DNA of 62,708 nt, the filler included, from Dugesia japonica (lineage: Eukaryota), in assembly GCA_001938525.1 (NCBI GenBank). It is 5 parts of 5 records of this genome, joined end to end, with 100 filler letters (N's around TTAATTAATTAA, not from the genome) between each part and the next. Parts side by side here need not be neighbours in the genome. Positions count along the whole stretch, not along the records: positions 34,614 to 45,297 come from MQRL01624466.1; positions 45,398 to 62,708 come from MQRL01631589.1; 3 more parts are not named here. One strand, given 5' to 3'. Shown here one piece after another: positions 41,656 to 53,860 of this stretch. How positions within the stretch are numbered: position 1 is the first letter of the stretch; every line of letters starts with the position of its first letter. Position numbers and translations under genes: made by a program. Under the pieces are notes generated by a model, which did not search any database, had not been told where the DNA came from, and saw only the letters and a list, made by a program, of their open reading frames with translations.

Positions 41656-43708
41656 ATTATAGACCAGTAGAGAAGAAGGTGCTAACCGAGGATTTAGTTG
41701 ATTTAGACGCGTTATTGTACATGAATATATAAATAAATAGTCCTCAATGTTAATGTGATTTTTGGAGGGTTTGATAACGGTTATGTATGACCAGTATAAT
41801 TCGTTTGGTTGGTATTGTTTAAAGAAATACTGAGCATAGGATAGAGATTGCTGTTGGGGTTCATAGATCTAGTGAGTAAGACGCAATACCACAAAGTTGC
41901 GCTGAACCCGTGAAAAGAGAGGGGCATGATACCATAAATGCTTGTGGTTTTTAGGTGTGCCCCTAGACATGACAGTGAAATATTAAATATGGAAGTGAGA
42001 AAAAAGAGTTTAGAAAAAAAATTAAAAGATTAAAATCCTAAAGATCCAACATATATAAAAGGTATTTCTAAGTTTTGACATTAGATAAATTTAAAAATGT
42101 TCTGCAAATACTGATATTTGATGTTTTCCGTTTTGAATATGAACTTTTAAATTTGTTCAAAATATCCAAATTTATATGTAAAGTTTTTGTTTTAATAAAT
42201 CTTGTAATCAATTCGAGTTATGATATTGATGATCCGATGAGTTTTCCAAACTCATCTAACAACAACAATATTTAACGATTGCGACTGAATGTGTTTAATG
42301 TCATATTGTATATATTTCATTTAAATTGGATTCTAAAATTTCGTGATTTAATATAATCGAATACTTTCTACATTTATCAACAATTCTTTTTTTATCAATA
42401 ACTACTTTCATCAATATGGAATTTCATTTCGCTGATAAATTTTTGAAATACTTTTCCTTTATAATTAATATTGATATTCATTATTAGTACCTTTTCAAAT
42501 ATTTTTACTTGATTTGTTGAGATTAATTCGAGTACACTGAATAAAAAAGTTACTAAATAATCAATTAATTTACAATGNACAGATTAAGAAATGATGTTGT
42601 ATATCAATTTNTCGGTACTATTTGTAAAGAAAACCTCTGATTATATTCAAATTATTGAAATCAAATTTCAACAAAATATAATAGTATAGAGGGGCAGATG
42701 AAGAGCATGGATTGATTCAATATAAAAATTGTTTATATTGTTTATATTTTATATATTAATATATAAATTGTTTAGCAATATAAAAATGGCAATTATAATT
42801 AAATCTGATGATAATTTCCGAAGCAAGATATTGAAACCGGATAATATAATTATTTTTGAAGATCTTTACCAGGAAGAAAACAAAAAAAAGAACTTTGATT
42901 TTCTTTACTTAGCAGAGAAAAAGATTCGAAAATTTATTTTCATAGTTTCAATAAATTCATTCAATGCTTTACTATGGTCTATTAAATTATAATTTTTTTT
43001 AAATTAAGTCTGAAAAATTGTTTTAATTTAGTTTTGATTAAAACCTTTCATAAATGTTTTTTTTTTAAAAATTTAAAAAAAATTTAATGCATTAAAGTAT
43101 TAAAATATTTAGATACGTATTTTATTAATATTAAAATTTTTCTCTTATTTTTTTACTAATTTTTTAGTTATTTTAATTATTAAGAATCTTTGATAAAATG
43201 TTTATTTATTTTTATTAATTATTTATTTTTTAAATTATTTCTTTAATTATTTATTTTTAATTTTTTACCTTTAATTATTAGGATTATTTAAAATATTTGA
43301 AATGTTAATTATTGAAAAAACGTTTTTTTAAATATTTGAAGATAAACATTTTTTAATTATTGTAATTATTGAGAGAAGTTTTAATTATTGAAATATTTTT
43401 TTTAAATTATTGTAATTAGTGAAAATTTTTCAGAAAATTTTTAATTATTGTAATTGTTAAAAATCTCGTTAATCAAAGGTTTCTTCTCTTTAATTAATAT
43501 TTGTTCAATTTTTTTTCTGTGAAGTGTAGAAATGCAGCCTGTTCCTAATGTTTGCCAGGTAATATGATGATTTTCTGGTAAAACATTATGTTTGTTTTAA
43601 AAGTGTTTAAAGACCTCAATTTCTTTCAGTTATGGAAATTTTAAATAAGTTGTTTGAATAATATGAATTAACGTTATAATTTATATTTAATAAAGTTTCT
43701 AATCTTAG

Positions 43709-45297
43709 TTGTTATTAAAATATGATAGAGGACAAGGATATTACCACGCCAAAACTGTAAATGCGGTAGCAAGGCAACAGCATCAACGGAAAGTAATTTT
43801 AGATGCGCTACTAAAACAAGCGCAAGAATTAATAAATTTTAATGTCAGAAAATATGACGGAAAAGATTCAGAAGAATCTTCAAAATGGTTTAAGGATATC
43901 GAAGAGTGGACTATCGTTAGCGATTTTAATTTGATGGATTTGCTACTGTCAGACGAAGCAAGAATTCTTTGGAAAGCTTTCAAAAAGATTGAGATCACAA
44001 CGGAGGAAGCCAAGAGATGGTTTACGGACACATTTATGATAATAAAAATCGTTTTCANNNNNNNNNNNNNNNNNNNCAATGGTAAAACAAGAGACCGAAG
44101 AAAGATTCACAACATTCAAAATCAGAGTACGAAATCTGATAGATAATTTCATGAATTCAGGACTAAGTAAAGATGAAATAATTAAGGACGTATTTTCAAA
44201 GAAGGTTAAAAAATACAAAGTTTTGAGAAACATTGACAACACATCCTGATATTAAGATCATGGAAATGAGATCCGTAGCAAAGATTTACGAATCGCCGAA
44301 AAGTAATGATACAAAAAAGTTATGCAAATGTAGTAAAACCGTACATAAAATAGAATTGAAGAGGATAGACATAAAGTACGTGTAAATAATTTGCCAGTAA
44401 AAAGAGTATATGAGAGGAACACACAACAAGTGATGATAGAAGATAGAACACAGGCGATGAGGCCAAAACCAACAGTATTAATGAAATATTTGGCAAGATG
44501 TTATTTTAATAGACAGAGAAAATAAACAGAGAACCTTGTGAAGAAAAACTCCAAGACGGACAATGTTAATGCGGAGAACATGTTCCGCAATATATTGCAA
44601 TATCAGGTTGCAACAAACCGTTAATTTCGACATAAGCATGCAAGAACAGTTTAAATGCATTAAAAGACAAGCTATGTAGTGCTCCAGTATTAGAATATTC
44701 CAGAGAAGATCGGATATTTATTTTAGACACTGCTACTAGTTTTGATGCTATCGGTGCAGTCCTTAGTCAATCCAAAGAAAAAAATGAAGTGGTATAAACG
44801 TATGAATTTATACATTTGACAGCTCATGAAAAAGCATACTGTGTGACAAGAGCTATTAGCTATACACGAATTTGTACAATAATTCAAACAATATTTGTAT
44901 GGAAAGAGATTTCTAGTAAGAACGGACCACAAAGCATTGNTGTTTTTGAACAACACAAAGAAACCAAATAGTCCCCAACTCCAGACGTGGATGGCGAATT
45001 TGGGAGAGTATGATTTTGAACTGAAGTATAGAAAAGGTGAACAACACAACAAAGCGGATGAGTTGTCAAGGCTAAAGGAGAGTTTATGTAAACAATGTAG
45101 CATGAAACACATAGACGCAAAAGGAGAAAAGTAAGTGTGAAACATATCAATGGAATTCAATGAGACAGAAGATTCAAAAATACAATGTTGTATATCAATG
45201 TTGTAAAAAGTAAGTTTAGAGACTAAAAAGAGTGATCAAGGAAGTTACTGGAATAAACTGCCCTTGAACACTCAAGAAGTAAGACAAAGTATCCTGT
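43709..45297 (+). pseudogene. Ty3/Gypsy gag plus RNase H remnant, internally deleted
   Basis: Gag-like KYDGKDSEESSKWFKDIEEW; LCSAPVLEY...FILDTATSFDAIGAVLSQ; YGKRFLVRTDHKAL...YRKGEQHNKADELSR. Confidence 0.9.
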
Positions 45298-45397
45298 NNN
45301 NNNNNNNNNNNNNNNNNNNNNNNNNNNNNNNNNNNNNNNNNTTAATTAATTAANNNNNNNNNNNNNNNNNNNNNNNNNNNNNNNNNNNNNNNNNNNN

Positions 45398-46090
45398 ACA
45401 GTGAACAGCTATTACCCTGGAGTAGTAATACTACCATCAGACAGAAAATTGGAATAATCAAGTGTAAAAGATTATAAGAGCTGAAAGACTATTTATAAAT
45501 GAAGAAATAAGATTGACTTCACTCAGGTTGATTAAAAAATAAAATTTCTATATAATGGTTACCCAATCGTATCTAAATATTTATCCTCAAATACAAAATT
45601 TAATAAAATCAAACAAAAGACAAACACAATAATTAAAAGACCTTTTATTAATGAGAAATGTAGCCAAATCATGGAAAATATAATTTAAAAATCAAAACTC
45701 AAACACAATCCGAGAATTATATTTAAAACTCAAGCACTTTTGGGTATCCAATTACAGAAACCAAGACAGAACTTTCGTGGTTCCACATGCATTTGTGATG
45801 GTAGAAATATATGCAATTAAAAAAATATCACTTAAAAAATAACATAAACCTTATGTAAGGATACATATATAGGAGAAACATGCAGAGCCATCCGTACAAG
45901 AATTAAAGAACATCTCAAACAGAAAGAAAGTGAAGTCTTCAAATTCTTTCAACAGAAACATAATATTTTACCAGAAAAATATCATATTACATGGAAAACA
46001 TTAGGAACAGGCTACATTTCTACACTTCACAGAAAGAAACATGAACAAATATTAATTAAAGGGTATAAACCTAAGATTAATATGATTTTC
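45398..46090 (+). mobile_element. Penelope-like element C-terminus with GIY-YIG endonuclease
   Basis: LPWSSNTTIRQKIGII, NGYP, CICDGRNIC, CKDTYIGETCRAIRTRIKEHLK...E..LIK..KPKIN. Confidence 0.92.
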
Positions 46091-49000
46091 AATAATTACA
46101 ATAATTACAAATTAAAAAAAAATTAGTATCAGTATAATTTTTTAAAAATTTTTTTAGTAAAATACGAAATATTGATAAAATTTTTTTTATATAAGACTTG
46201 AGAGAAGCTTTTGAATGTTTATTAAAAGTCAATGGAAAAATAATTTTATTTTACTATGTTAATATTTTAATGTTTTGGTATTTTGATATTTTAATATATT
46301 TATTTTTTAAACATTTGAGAGATTTTCAATTCAATTTGGCTAAAAAAGATTTTTCGAGATTTAATTTAAAATAAGAAAATTTATAATTTAAATAGACCAA
46401 TAAAATTTTAATAAAATATAAAGAATTTTGTAACAAAGATCTATTATCGTTTTCAATCTATCAAAAAGTCATCATTCCTAAAGAAGACAAGTGTCGAAAA
46501 TTTGAATTTCTATAAAAGTACATTTCACTTTGATCGAAGCTTTTTCTTTATTTTAATGAAATCTCAAATGCGATCAATGGTTAAGTCCAACAATTATTCT
46601 NGCAATAATTGTAATTATAAAATCCTTTCACTTTAGTTTATTCTCAGGAGAGTTTCTCCTTCCAAGTTCATTCCTAACTTATTTCAGCGAGTAACACAGA
46701 TAATCTTGGTGTTTTGATATTGTTGTTTTAGAAATAAAAAAGTGAATCTTTTCTCGACAGTCTCTTTCAACTTTTTCAACGAAATAATTTAAATTAATTT
46801 CTGTAATTTTTGAAATCTTTTGTCTCCTCGTTTGTCTAACGTTTCTCCCAATGATAACCAACGATATGAGGTTGATTGTGGAACATTAAGCGTATGTGTA
46901 AGTTCTCTCTAGTCTCAATTCATGCTTGACACAGCTCGTATCTGCTTTTATTTAGATTCTTTTTCTTTATTTTTATGGTCTTTCAATTATATTATTAAAT
47001 TTACAATAAATTTAAATTAACTTTAAACGATTTATTGAAAACACAAGGCTTTTTTTCTTATTTTATTATTTATTTTAAAATTTAATGTTCTCATATAGAA
47101 GTTTACTATTCTCATTTTGAAAATAAAATGGCATAGATCCAGGTCTAGAAAGTTTTATCTGAAAAGATGCTTTCAAATTGACATTATTCAGAAGTAAATG
47201 TTTAAAAGGATTTTGAGTTATTGTAGATGATTTTTATCTGTTTATTGAATTTTCAATAATAAATTCCTGTCAAATAAAATTCAACACATTTATTTAAAAA
47301 AAACTTATTAAAGAAATTTACTTTAATAAAAAAATACACTTTAGATTATATTAACTTTACATTAAATATAAATTCTTACATATTGAATTTACACGAAATT
47401 CATTTTTAAAACTATGTAAAATTCTAAAAGCTAAATTTCAACAAACTTTACAACGCAATTTAATTTTTCCATTCAATTCTTTTTAGATAACTTACTAAGA
47501 TAGGTTTCCTGTGGACAACCACTCTAGAAATTGTAACTTTATTTTTTACTTACCTAAAAATATTTTTAAAATGTTATTACTTAAGGAAGCCAGTGTAGAA
47601 TTTAAAAATTGGAAATTAAAATTTTTGATGTCAAGTGTACGGCTTTGTGTGAATTCCAATATTAATATGATAATCAGTTTGTAGACTAAATAAAACTGTC
47701 ATTATTTAAAATTATAGCACAGAGATCTTTACTAATTGATGGAGTTTGCAGTAATTTTGTGTTCTAATTTAAATTAAAAAACAGAACCCAATAATATTGT
47801 ATGTACTCAAGTTTGTTCCACTTAGATTTTTACAAATTTCTAATAAATAGATTTAAATTGAGAATAAATCCATTACGTTTTTAAGTAATTTCCAAAATTT
47901 TTTTGAAATTATTCACTTATTAGTTTTTACATAATTCCGTGACGGATGCGATTTACAGTTTGCTGCATAAATTAAAATTTGTTACTTTATAATACAGTTG
48001 TATGAATATTTCTCTGAATACTATTATATAGTTTTAGTGGTGCAAGTTTGATAAAATACATTATAATAAACAGATAATTCATCTAAAAGTTTGAAATTTT
48101 GTATAATTTATTTTTAATCGTTATAAATTATTGGAAATTTTAATTAAAAAATATTTTATAGTGACTATTTAATAATTAAAGTCGACACAAATGTCATATT
48201 GATTATATATTTTATAAACCATTTTTTATAAATAATTACAATTTTGTCACATTTGTCGTTGACATGTTTTCAAAGTGACCATCCTGAAAAATGTTTATAG
48301 TTTATTTATAATAAGTGTCGCCTTTTCATATAACATAATAAATTCACTGAATACTCTGTGTAATTTATCAACTTTCATTTAAAGTGATTAATAATTTATA
48401 ACATAAGTGATGTAATTTTTAAATTCCCTTTAATAAAATTTATTGAAGTGAATAGTAGTTAAAAATTTTGATTGTAATTGTAAACAGTAATATCATCTAA
48501 TTAATTATTTTCGGAACATTTTTGTAATACTTATGTATTAAAAATAGAAGAATAAAAATTGAAGATAACACTTAAATTCAGTTCATTACACAGTTTGTAC
48601 CCACATTTCAAATTTTTGTAAATCAACTTGAAATTATAAATTTTACAAACCTAGAAATGATTTCAAACTATATAAAAAGAAGGATAATTGATTCATTTAA
48701 ATGGCCATTCAAAAAAAGAAATAGGTTAATAGGTTAAAATCCTTGTTGGATTTTACCTTTGTATATTTTACCTTTCGATTTTATAGCAAATTCAATATTG
48801 AATACGTAACATAAATAGATGAATGGAATGAAAGGCTTATTACTATTGATTATAAAGAAAGGAGATTGGGTTTTAATAAGGATGATGTTGAAATATCTTG
48901 AAAAACAAACTTACAAATCAAATTAATGTATCATGATTATGATTTGATATTTGGCAATCTAGAAGATTCAGAAAGATTTGGATTCGATAATTTAAATAAT

Positions 49001-49348
49001 GGCATATTTGGAGGCTCTGTTATTCCATTTCAGTCGTTTAAAAATGGCGATTTGATGAAAACCATAAAAACTAATTATTTTATTCTGTAGAAACTATCAA
49101 TTTTTTACGGTTTAAAGATGAATTATATATAACGGAATTAGAAAAATTAAATAAATATTTCGCTGAAAACTTTTATAACATATTTAAAACTTTAAAGTTA
49201 AAAAAAGATTGCCTGTTTAAATTTTCATTGATAGATAATGTTAAAAGTGTAACATTAGATGAAAAATACTTGGATTAGTAAGATAAAAGTAATTCCGAGA
49301 TGACATAATTGTAACTCAATTGTACTTAATACTTAATTGTACTCTTTC

Positions 49349-49662
49349 TCAACAACTCCCAATTGTATAGAAACTGGCATCAGTGCCTAATATGAATTCT
49401 TTGTTTATGTTGGGAAAACACAATATTGGCCCAGTCATTAGAACTTTCTTTAGATACTCAAAAGTATAGTTTATTTCATTTGTCCATTCTAACGTCTTGT
49501 TGATTGGTCCGGTATACAACTGTTCTAAGATTGTTGATTTTTTTGCGTAGTTTTCTATAAACTTCCTGTAGTAATTACAAATTCCTAAGAAACTTCGCGA
49601 CATCTTTACACAGTTAGATTTTCCAAATGTCCTAATTACTTCTATTTTAGACGGATTACTTC
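49349..49662 (-). pseudogene. Ty3/Gypsy RT thumb/connection, downstream half of a split pol
   Basis: SNPSKIEVI...RSFLGICNYYRKFIENYAK...LCFPNINKEFILGTDASFYTIG. Confidence 0.92.
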
Positions 49663-50278
49663 TGTTGGGGCGAAACACCCAGAGGAATGAAAATCAAGGG
49701 GTCAGGAATAACCCAATATCAAAATAGAAATTACGAGAAGGAACATGGTAAGAAAAGCAAGTATGTAAAATCCAGACAATAATAGTGAGCGAAAATGGAA
49801 AACTCGGAAGATCAAATTAAATGTGATTAATTATAATAATCGCAAAATTANNAAAATTATTAAAGAAAATAAGTAACAAAAGAAGAAATAAATACAAAAA
49901 AATAACAATTAATTTAAACGAAAAATTAATTAAAATTGAGACAAAATCAGTTTTATGCAAATAACTCTGGTTAGAAAAGTCGGAAGAAATCCGGGTGAGA
50001 AAATATGAAAAGAAAACAACAAGAAGTATGGAACTTGTAAGGAAGAAAAATCTTACCACCATCCAGAGGATTACTGCAGGGTTTCCTAGATCGAACCAAT
50101 CAGATATCTAAAAATAAAAATAAAACAAAGACACAATTATCATGTGCCAGTCTAAAAATAACTACCGATCAGAACTCCAGAATTCTTGGAAGATTGGCAC
50201 CAGATCCAATAGAATTCAAATAATTCAAATTAAAAATAACCAGCCAACAGGAATACAGTCGGGATGCAACTAAAGGCA

Positions 50279-50286
50279 TATATAAG
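50279..50286 (+). promoter_or_regulatory. Candidate TATA box of the LTR-like insertion
   Basis: TATATAAG with a TCA initiator-like motif about 30 bp downstream, a donor-like TTG|GTAAAT near 50421 and AATAAA at 50569. Confidence 0.45.
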
Positions 50287-51782
50287 CCGCTACAAACTTA
50301 GGTGAAAATCATCATCAAATCAAACTTTTAATAACAACTGAGCTTAGAAGCTATATTCTCGATTTAAAAAATTATTTAGCGAATATTACTGGTACGAACG
50401 TCTCAAATTATTATAAAGTTGGTAAATAAGATTCCTTGTAGAATTACAGGAAGCCGACGAGAAAATTACAATCAGGAAGAGAGAATTATTCACCAATCCG
50501 ATACTCTCAAAATTATCCGAGAATTTGCCAGTCGTTGAAAAAACCGTTGCAGAAATCTTTCAGTTAATAATAAAAAGTAAAGTATTATTTGGATTGTGTA
50601 AAAGTGGTATATTTGATAAACTATACATATTATTTATTCTAATAAAAATTAGTTTATGTTACATAATCGTAAACTGTGATTTTCTTAGTTAGAAATATTG
50701 AATGATAAATAAATTGTAAATCACCTTGCATTTGGTAAGAAATTAAATTAAAAAATTCCTTGAAACCATTAATCATTGCTTTAGAATAAAATAAATAATA
50801 GGATATGCGCAAATATAGTAAATCAACAAAATCTTGTATATTTCGGGATTAATCAGAAAACAAGAACCGGATTATAGAATTTAGATAAGTTTTAATTTCC
50901 TTCAATAATTTTATGACCAAGGTCTAGTTGCATAATCAGATAACCAATAAGGAAAGCAAGTTCCAATTATTTATTAAGAAAATCAATAAATTATAACTCC
51001 CTCCAATTGACTCGAACTATAAATAATCATAGAGAACTCAGTGGTAAAATAATTCCCAAAATATCAGTAACGCTCGCTGTTCAGCTTAACTCAACTTGAT
51101 CATTATTGGCAGCCAATCTTTCGTGACCACACTCTCAGGGAGTGAGAAATTCCAAACTGTTTATGCACAATGCAAAATAACCAAACTGCTTTATCTAAAT
51201 TACGAAAATCCGATAGCACTACTAGGTTTGACGAATTCAGAGTCATACTATTAGCAGGTGTGTATATAATATGTCGATTTACTCATAGTAGTTATTTGAT
51301 GCCGTCTACTTAAATCGGATTCCCTGCTATTACACACCTACACGAGACTAAATTAGTAAACACACCTTCCAACACCAATAAAATCAGTATAATTAAACCA
51401 CATCACTAGGCAACTGCAGCGAACATAAATTCAAACTTAGTAGAAAAAGGAAATTTTTTGTTATTGTACTTTTACTAGCATCATTCTATTATTATTGATA
51501 TTGTGGTAGTTATGGTAACCAGTATTACGGGGATTCAAATCATTAGTAATGATAAAAACATTTGAGCGGAATGGGTATCAACCTATTGAAGCAATCAAGA
51601 ATTTAGGATAAAATTTGACTAGTTATTATTCAGGATCGGGATTGTTGATACTACCCGAACTAACACCAACGATATGGTCATGTTTTCGAACGTCATGATG
51701 TGTGTCTTTAACCCTGATTAAAATGATTTTGCACTACTACATATAATGGTGGTGATACTAATTATTATTTTTTTTTACTAAG

Positions 51783-51913
51783 CTGTTACGACCCTAATTC
51801 ATAACCTCCCTCTGCTGATTATCTTTTTCATGTTACAATCCTTAGCGACAATAACGGTTCGGGACAATGATTTGATCAGGCAAAGTAAAGCAAGTGGTAC
51901 AGACTGCAGTTAA
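51783..51913 (+). CDS. Short phase-1 orphan exon with a hydrophobic stretch
   Basis: T-tract-ACTAAG acceptor, then VTTLIHNLPLLIIFFMLQSLATITVR...DCS*. Confidence 0.3.
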
Positions 51914-51932
51914 TAGTTCTTTCTTTTAGCTC

Positions 51933-52115
51933 ATGCCAACAGAATTGTATGGGGTCCTGCGATGGATAAGGAAGCGACGTCAAGTTAGCAGGTCGAAACA
52001 ATTAATAGCTCACTTGCTGACCAAAGGAGAGATCGAGCACCCCGATGAAACTGACCTTCAATGTTTTGCGGAGATGTTTTCGTTGGAAGTAGGGGTCGAC
52101 TTAGATGAAGAATGA
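51933..52115 (+). CDS. Orphan 60-aa ORF (basic N-terminus, acidic C-terminus)
   Basis: TTCTTTCTTTTAG|CTC-ATG; GC-richer island; ends DLDEE*. Confidence 0.45.
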   Translation: MPTELYGVLRWIRKRRQVSRSKQLIAHLLTKGEIEHPDETDLQCFAEMFSLEVGVDLDEE

Positions 52116-52252
52116 TATTTTATTGACCACCCGATGATCAAACATTATCTATGAAAAACTTGGTGTTTTATTTTAATTAATTAGATGAACGATCTTCTTT
52201 TGATGTTTTAATGCTGTGTTTGAATTTTCTTATTTTCTTTTGTTTCTTAGAA

Positions 52253-52603
52253 ATGGAGTCAATATGGGAGAGGACAGTAGACAGGCGTACCCGCCGAATC
52301 ATTTTCCGGCGATACCACAATCCATACAATCTCGATACGGGGATTTTAGTAAACCGATCCAATCTACCTCCCATAGAAGCGGCTGTTGCTCGTATTCAAA
52401 ACTTTGGGGAGCGTCTGAACTTCCGCCAGTGGAATGGGCCTGAGCGTAACCACGCCACTCCATTCCGTTACCAACCTCCAGCTCCCCCACCCATAGTTCA
52501 GGCTTTCCTTACCAATATGCTCTGGGGAGTTAGGGAGCCTTCCGGGGTAGTGGATGCTGAAAATACGGCTCCTGTGAGTGACAATGATAACAACTACCCA
52601 TAA
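52253..52603 (+). CDS. Orphan 116-aa Arg/Pro-rich ORF
   Basis: TTTTCTTTTGTTTCTTAG|AA-ATG. GC content rises sharply at the acceptor and falls after the stop. Confidence 0.55.
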   Translation: MESIWERTVDRRTRRIIFRRYHNPYNLDTGILVNRSNLPPIEAAVARIQNFGERLNFRQWNGPERNHATPFRYQPPAPPPIVQAFLTNMLWGVREPSGVVDAENTAPVSDNDNNYP

Positions 52604-52750
52604 ATTCTGTCTTTTACTTGAAAATATAAATAGGTGTTTTTTTTATTATGATTTGTATTATAGTTGCTTGCGTGGTTAAGATAAATTGGTGTCCTATAGT
52701 GAATATATTATTGAGTTTTGTAATCTTCATAATTAATACAATTATTTCAG

Positions 52751-53055
52751 TGCACTCCTCTCTGAATAAATCACAGGCCCCGCATAAAAAGTTACGAGAG
52801 TCTAGCGAAGACCTTGATCTTACATGGGACCTGTACAGATTAGCCAAACGTCGTTGGGAAGCCGATGTCGCTAACGCAGAGGCGAAGGTTAAGCGTTACA
52901 AAAAGAAATGTTTATCTTTCAAAACAGAATCCGAGGCCTCTCACCAACTAGAGAGAGCATGGAAAAACCAATTAGAATCCCTAGCCGATATTATCCGGTC
53001 CTGCAATGACCGAGAAAATAAACTGGTCAACGACATACTAAAGCTAAAAAAATGA
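52751..53055 (+). CDS. Orphan coiled-coil terminal exon (no in-frame ATG after the acceptor)
   Basis: ATTATTTCAG|TG in phase 1, about 100 codons. A likely frameshifted tail ends at 53108; AATAAA at 53128. Confidence 0.55.
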
Positions 53056-53224
53056 TGCCTTTAGCCACTCTCATGGTGGATAAAGGTGTGCAGATCCCTC
53101 GTCCCTAGTTGTTGTCTTAACATGCTTAATAAAAATTTTATTTATCTTTGTTTATTCAATTAGTCCGAAATTAATTACATTACCTTCCATAAATTACGAA
53201 TAGCCATCCATTAATTTTTTTTAG

Positions 53225-53607
53225 TGCCACAGGTAACATTTCCCAATAATTTACGTTGTTGTCATCGGATAATGAAACGCCTCTTGATAGAAAGACATCT
53301 AAAAAAGAAGGCTGGCCGGACCATCCTCAAGCATTTGGCCCAGAGAGATAAGTTAATAAAGCGATTAGACCTAGTCGTAAAGAAGCAGAGCGACTTGGCG
53401 AATCAAACTAAGGCTTTAGAAGCAGAGACGAAACAACTTTTACAACGAAAAATTGAATTCCTTAAACAATACATCGCCGATCTCTCCCGCCAAATAGGCA
53501 ATCCAGCTTGGATTCAGTGGGATGAAAACGACGATATCGCTGCTTTTAACCTTTCGGTGACCGACCCGGCCCAGTGGTTGGATTCAGGGGCGCTGGATTT
53601 ACTATAA
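53225..53607 (+). CDS. Orphan coiled-coil terminal exon/ORF (about 127 aa)
   Basis: TTTTTTTAG|TG in phase 1; heptad-like LANQTKALEAETKQLLQRKIEFLKQYIADL; AATAAA at 53623. Confidence 0.55.
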
Positions 53608-53860
53608 ACAATTTTATATTTGAATAAAACGTATATATTTAATATCGTATTTTCTTTCTTTTACTGATAATATTAGGGAAAAGAATGAACCCGAATACAA
53701 AGGTTTATGGGTGTGTACCTCCCATTAAGAGAGAGGTCAATCGCCATGAACTGAATACCTACCCTAGGGCGGTAGGTTAAATTCTTTAACGGGTTCCCCT
53801 GAGGGCTGTTGTTCCCCAGTCACAATTTTCTTACCATCCAACTCAGGTGGAACCCCAACA

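Larger units (their letters stand above)
39700..41969 (+). mobile_element. Second, diverged ORF-bearing LTR-like cassette (left end not resolved)
   Basis: GC-richer ORF islands follow TTTTATTAG and ATTTCAG acceptors, with AATAAA at 41324 and 41732. It has a structured G-rich tail ending CCCCTAGACA. Confidence 0.55.
49663..53860 (+). mobile_element. 4198-bp insertion with LTR-like ends (giant solo LTR candidate) carrying an orphan ORF cassette
   Basis: Ends TGTTGGGG / CCCCAACA. 4-bp TSD CTTC at 49659-49662 and 53861-53864. Excision restores in-frame Gypsy RT LGHIISWDGVRSNPSKIEVI. Confidence 0.9.

Noticed and set aside
52648-52750. Hydrophobic 'signal/TM' N-terminus of the 135-aa ORF (likewise 52211-52250)
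   Set aside because: It is AT-rich spacer upstream of a splice acceptor and probably intronic sequence that is open by chance.
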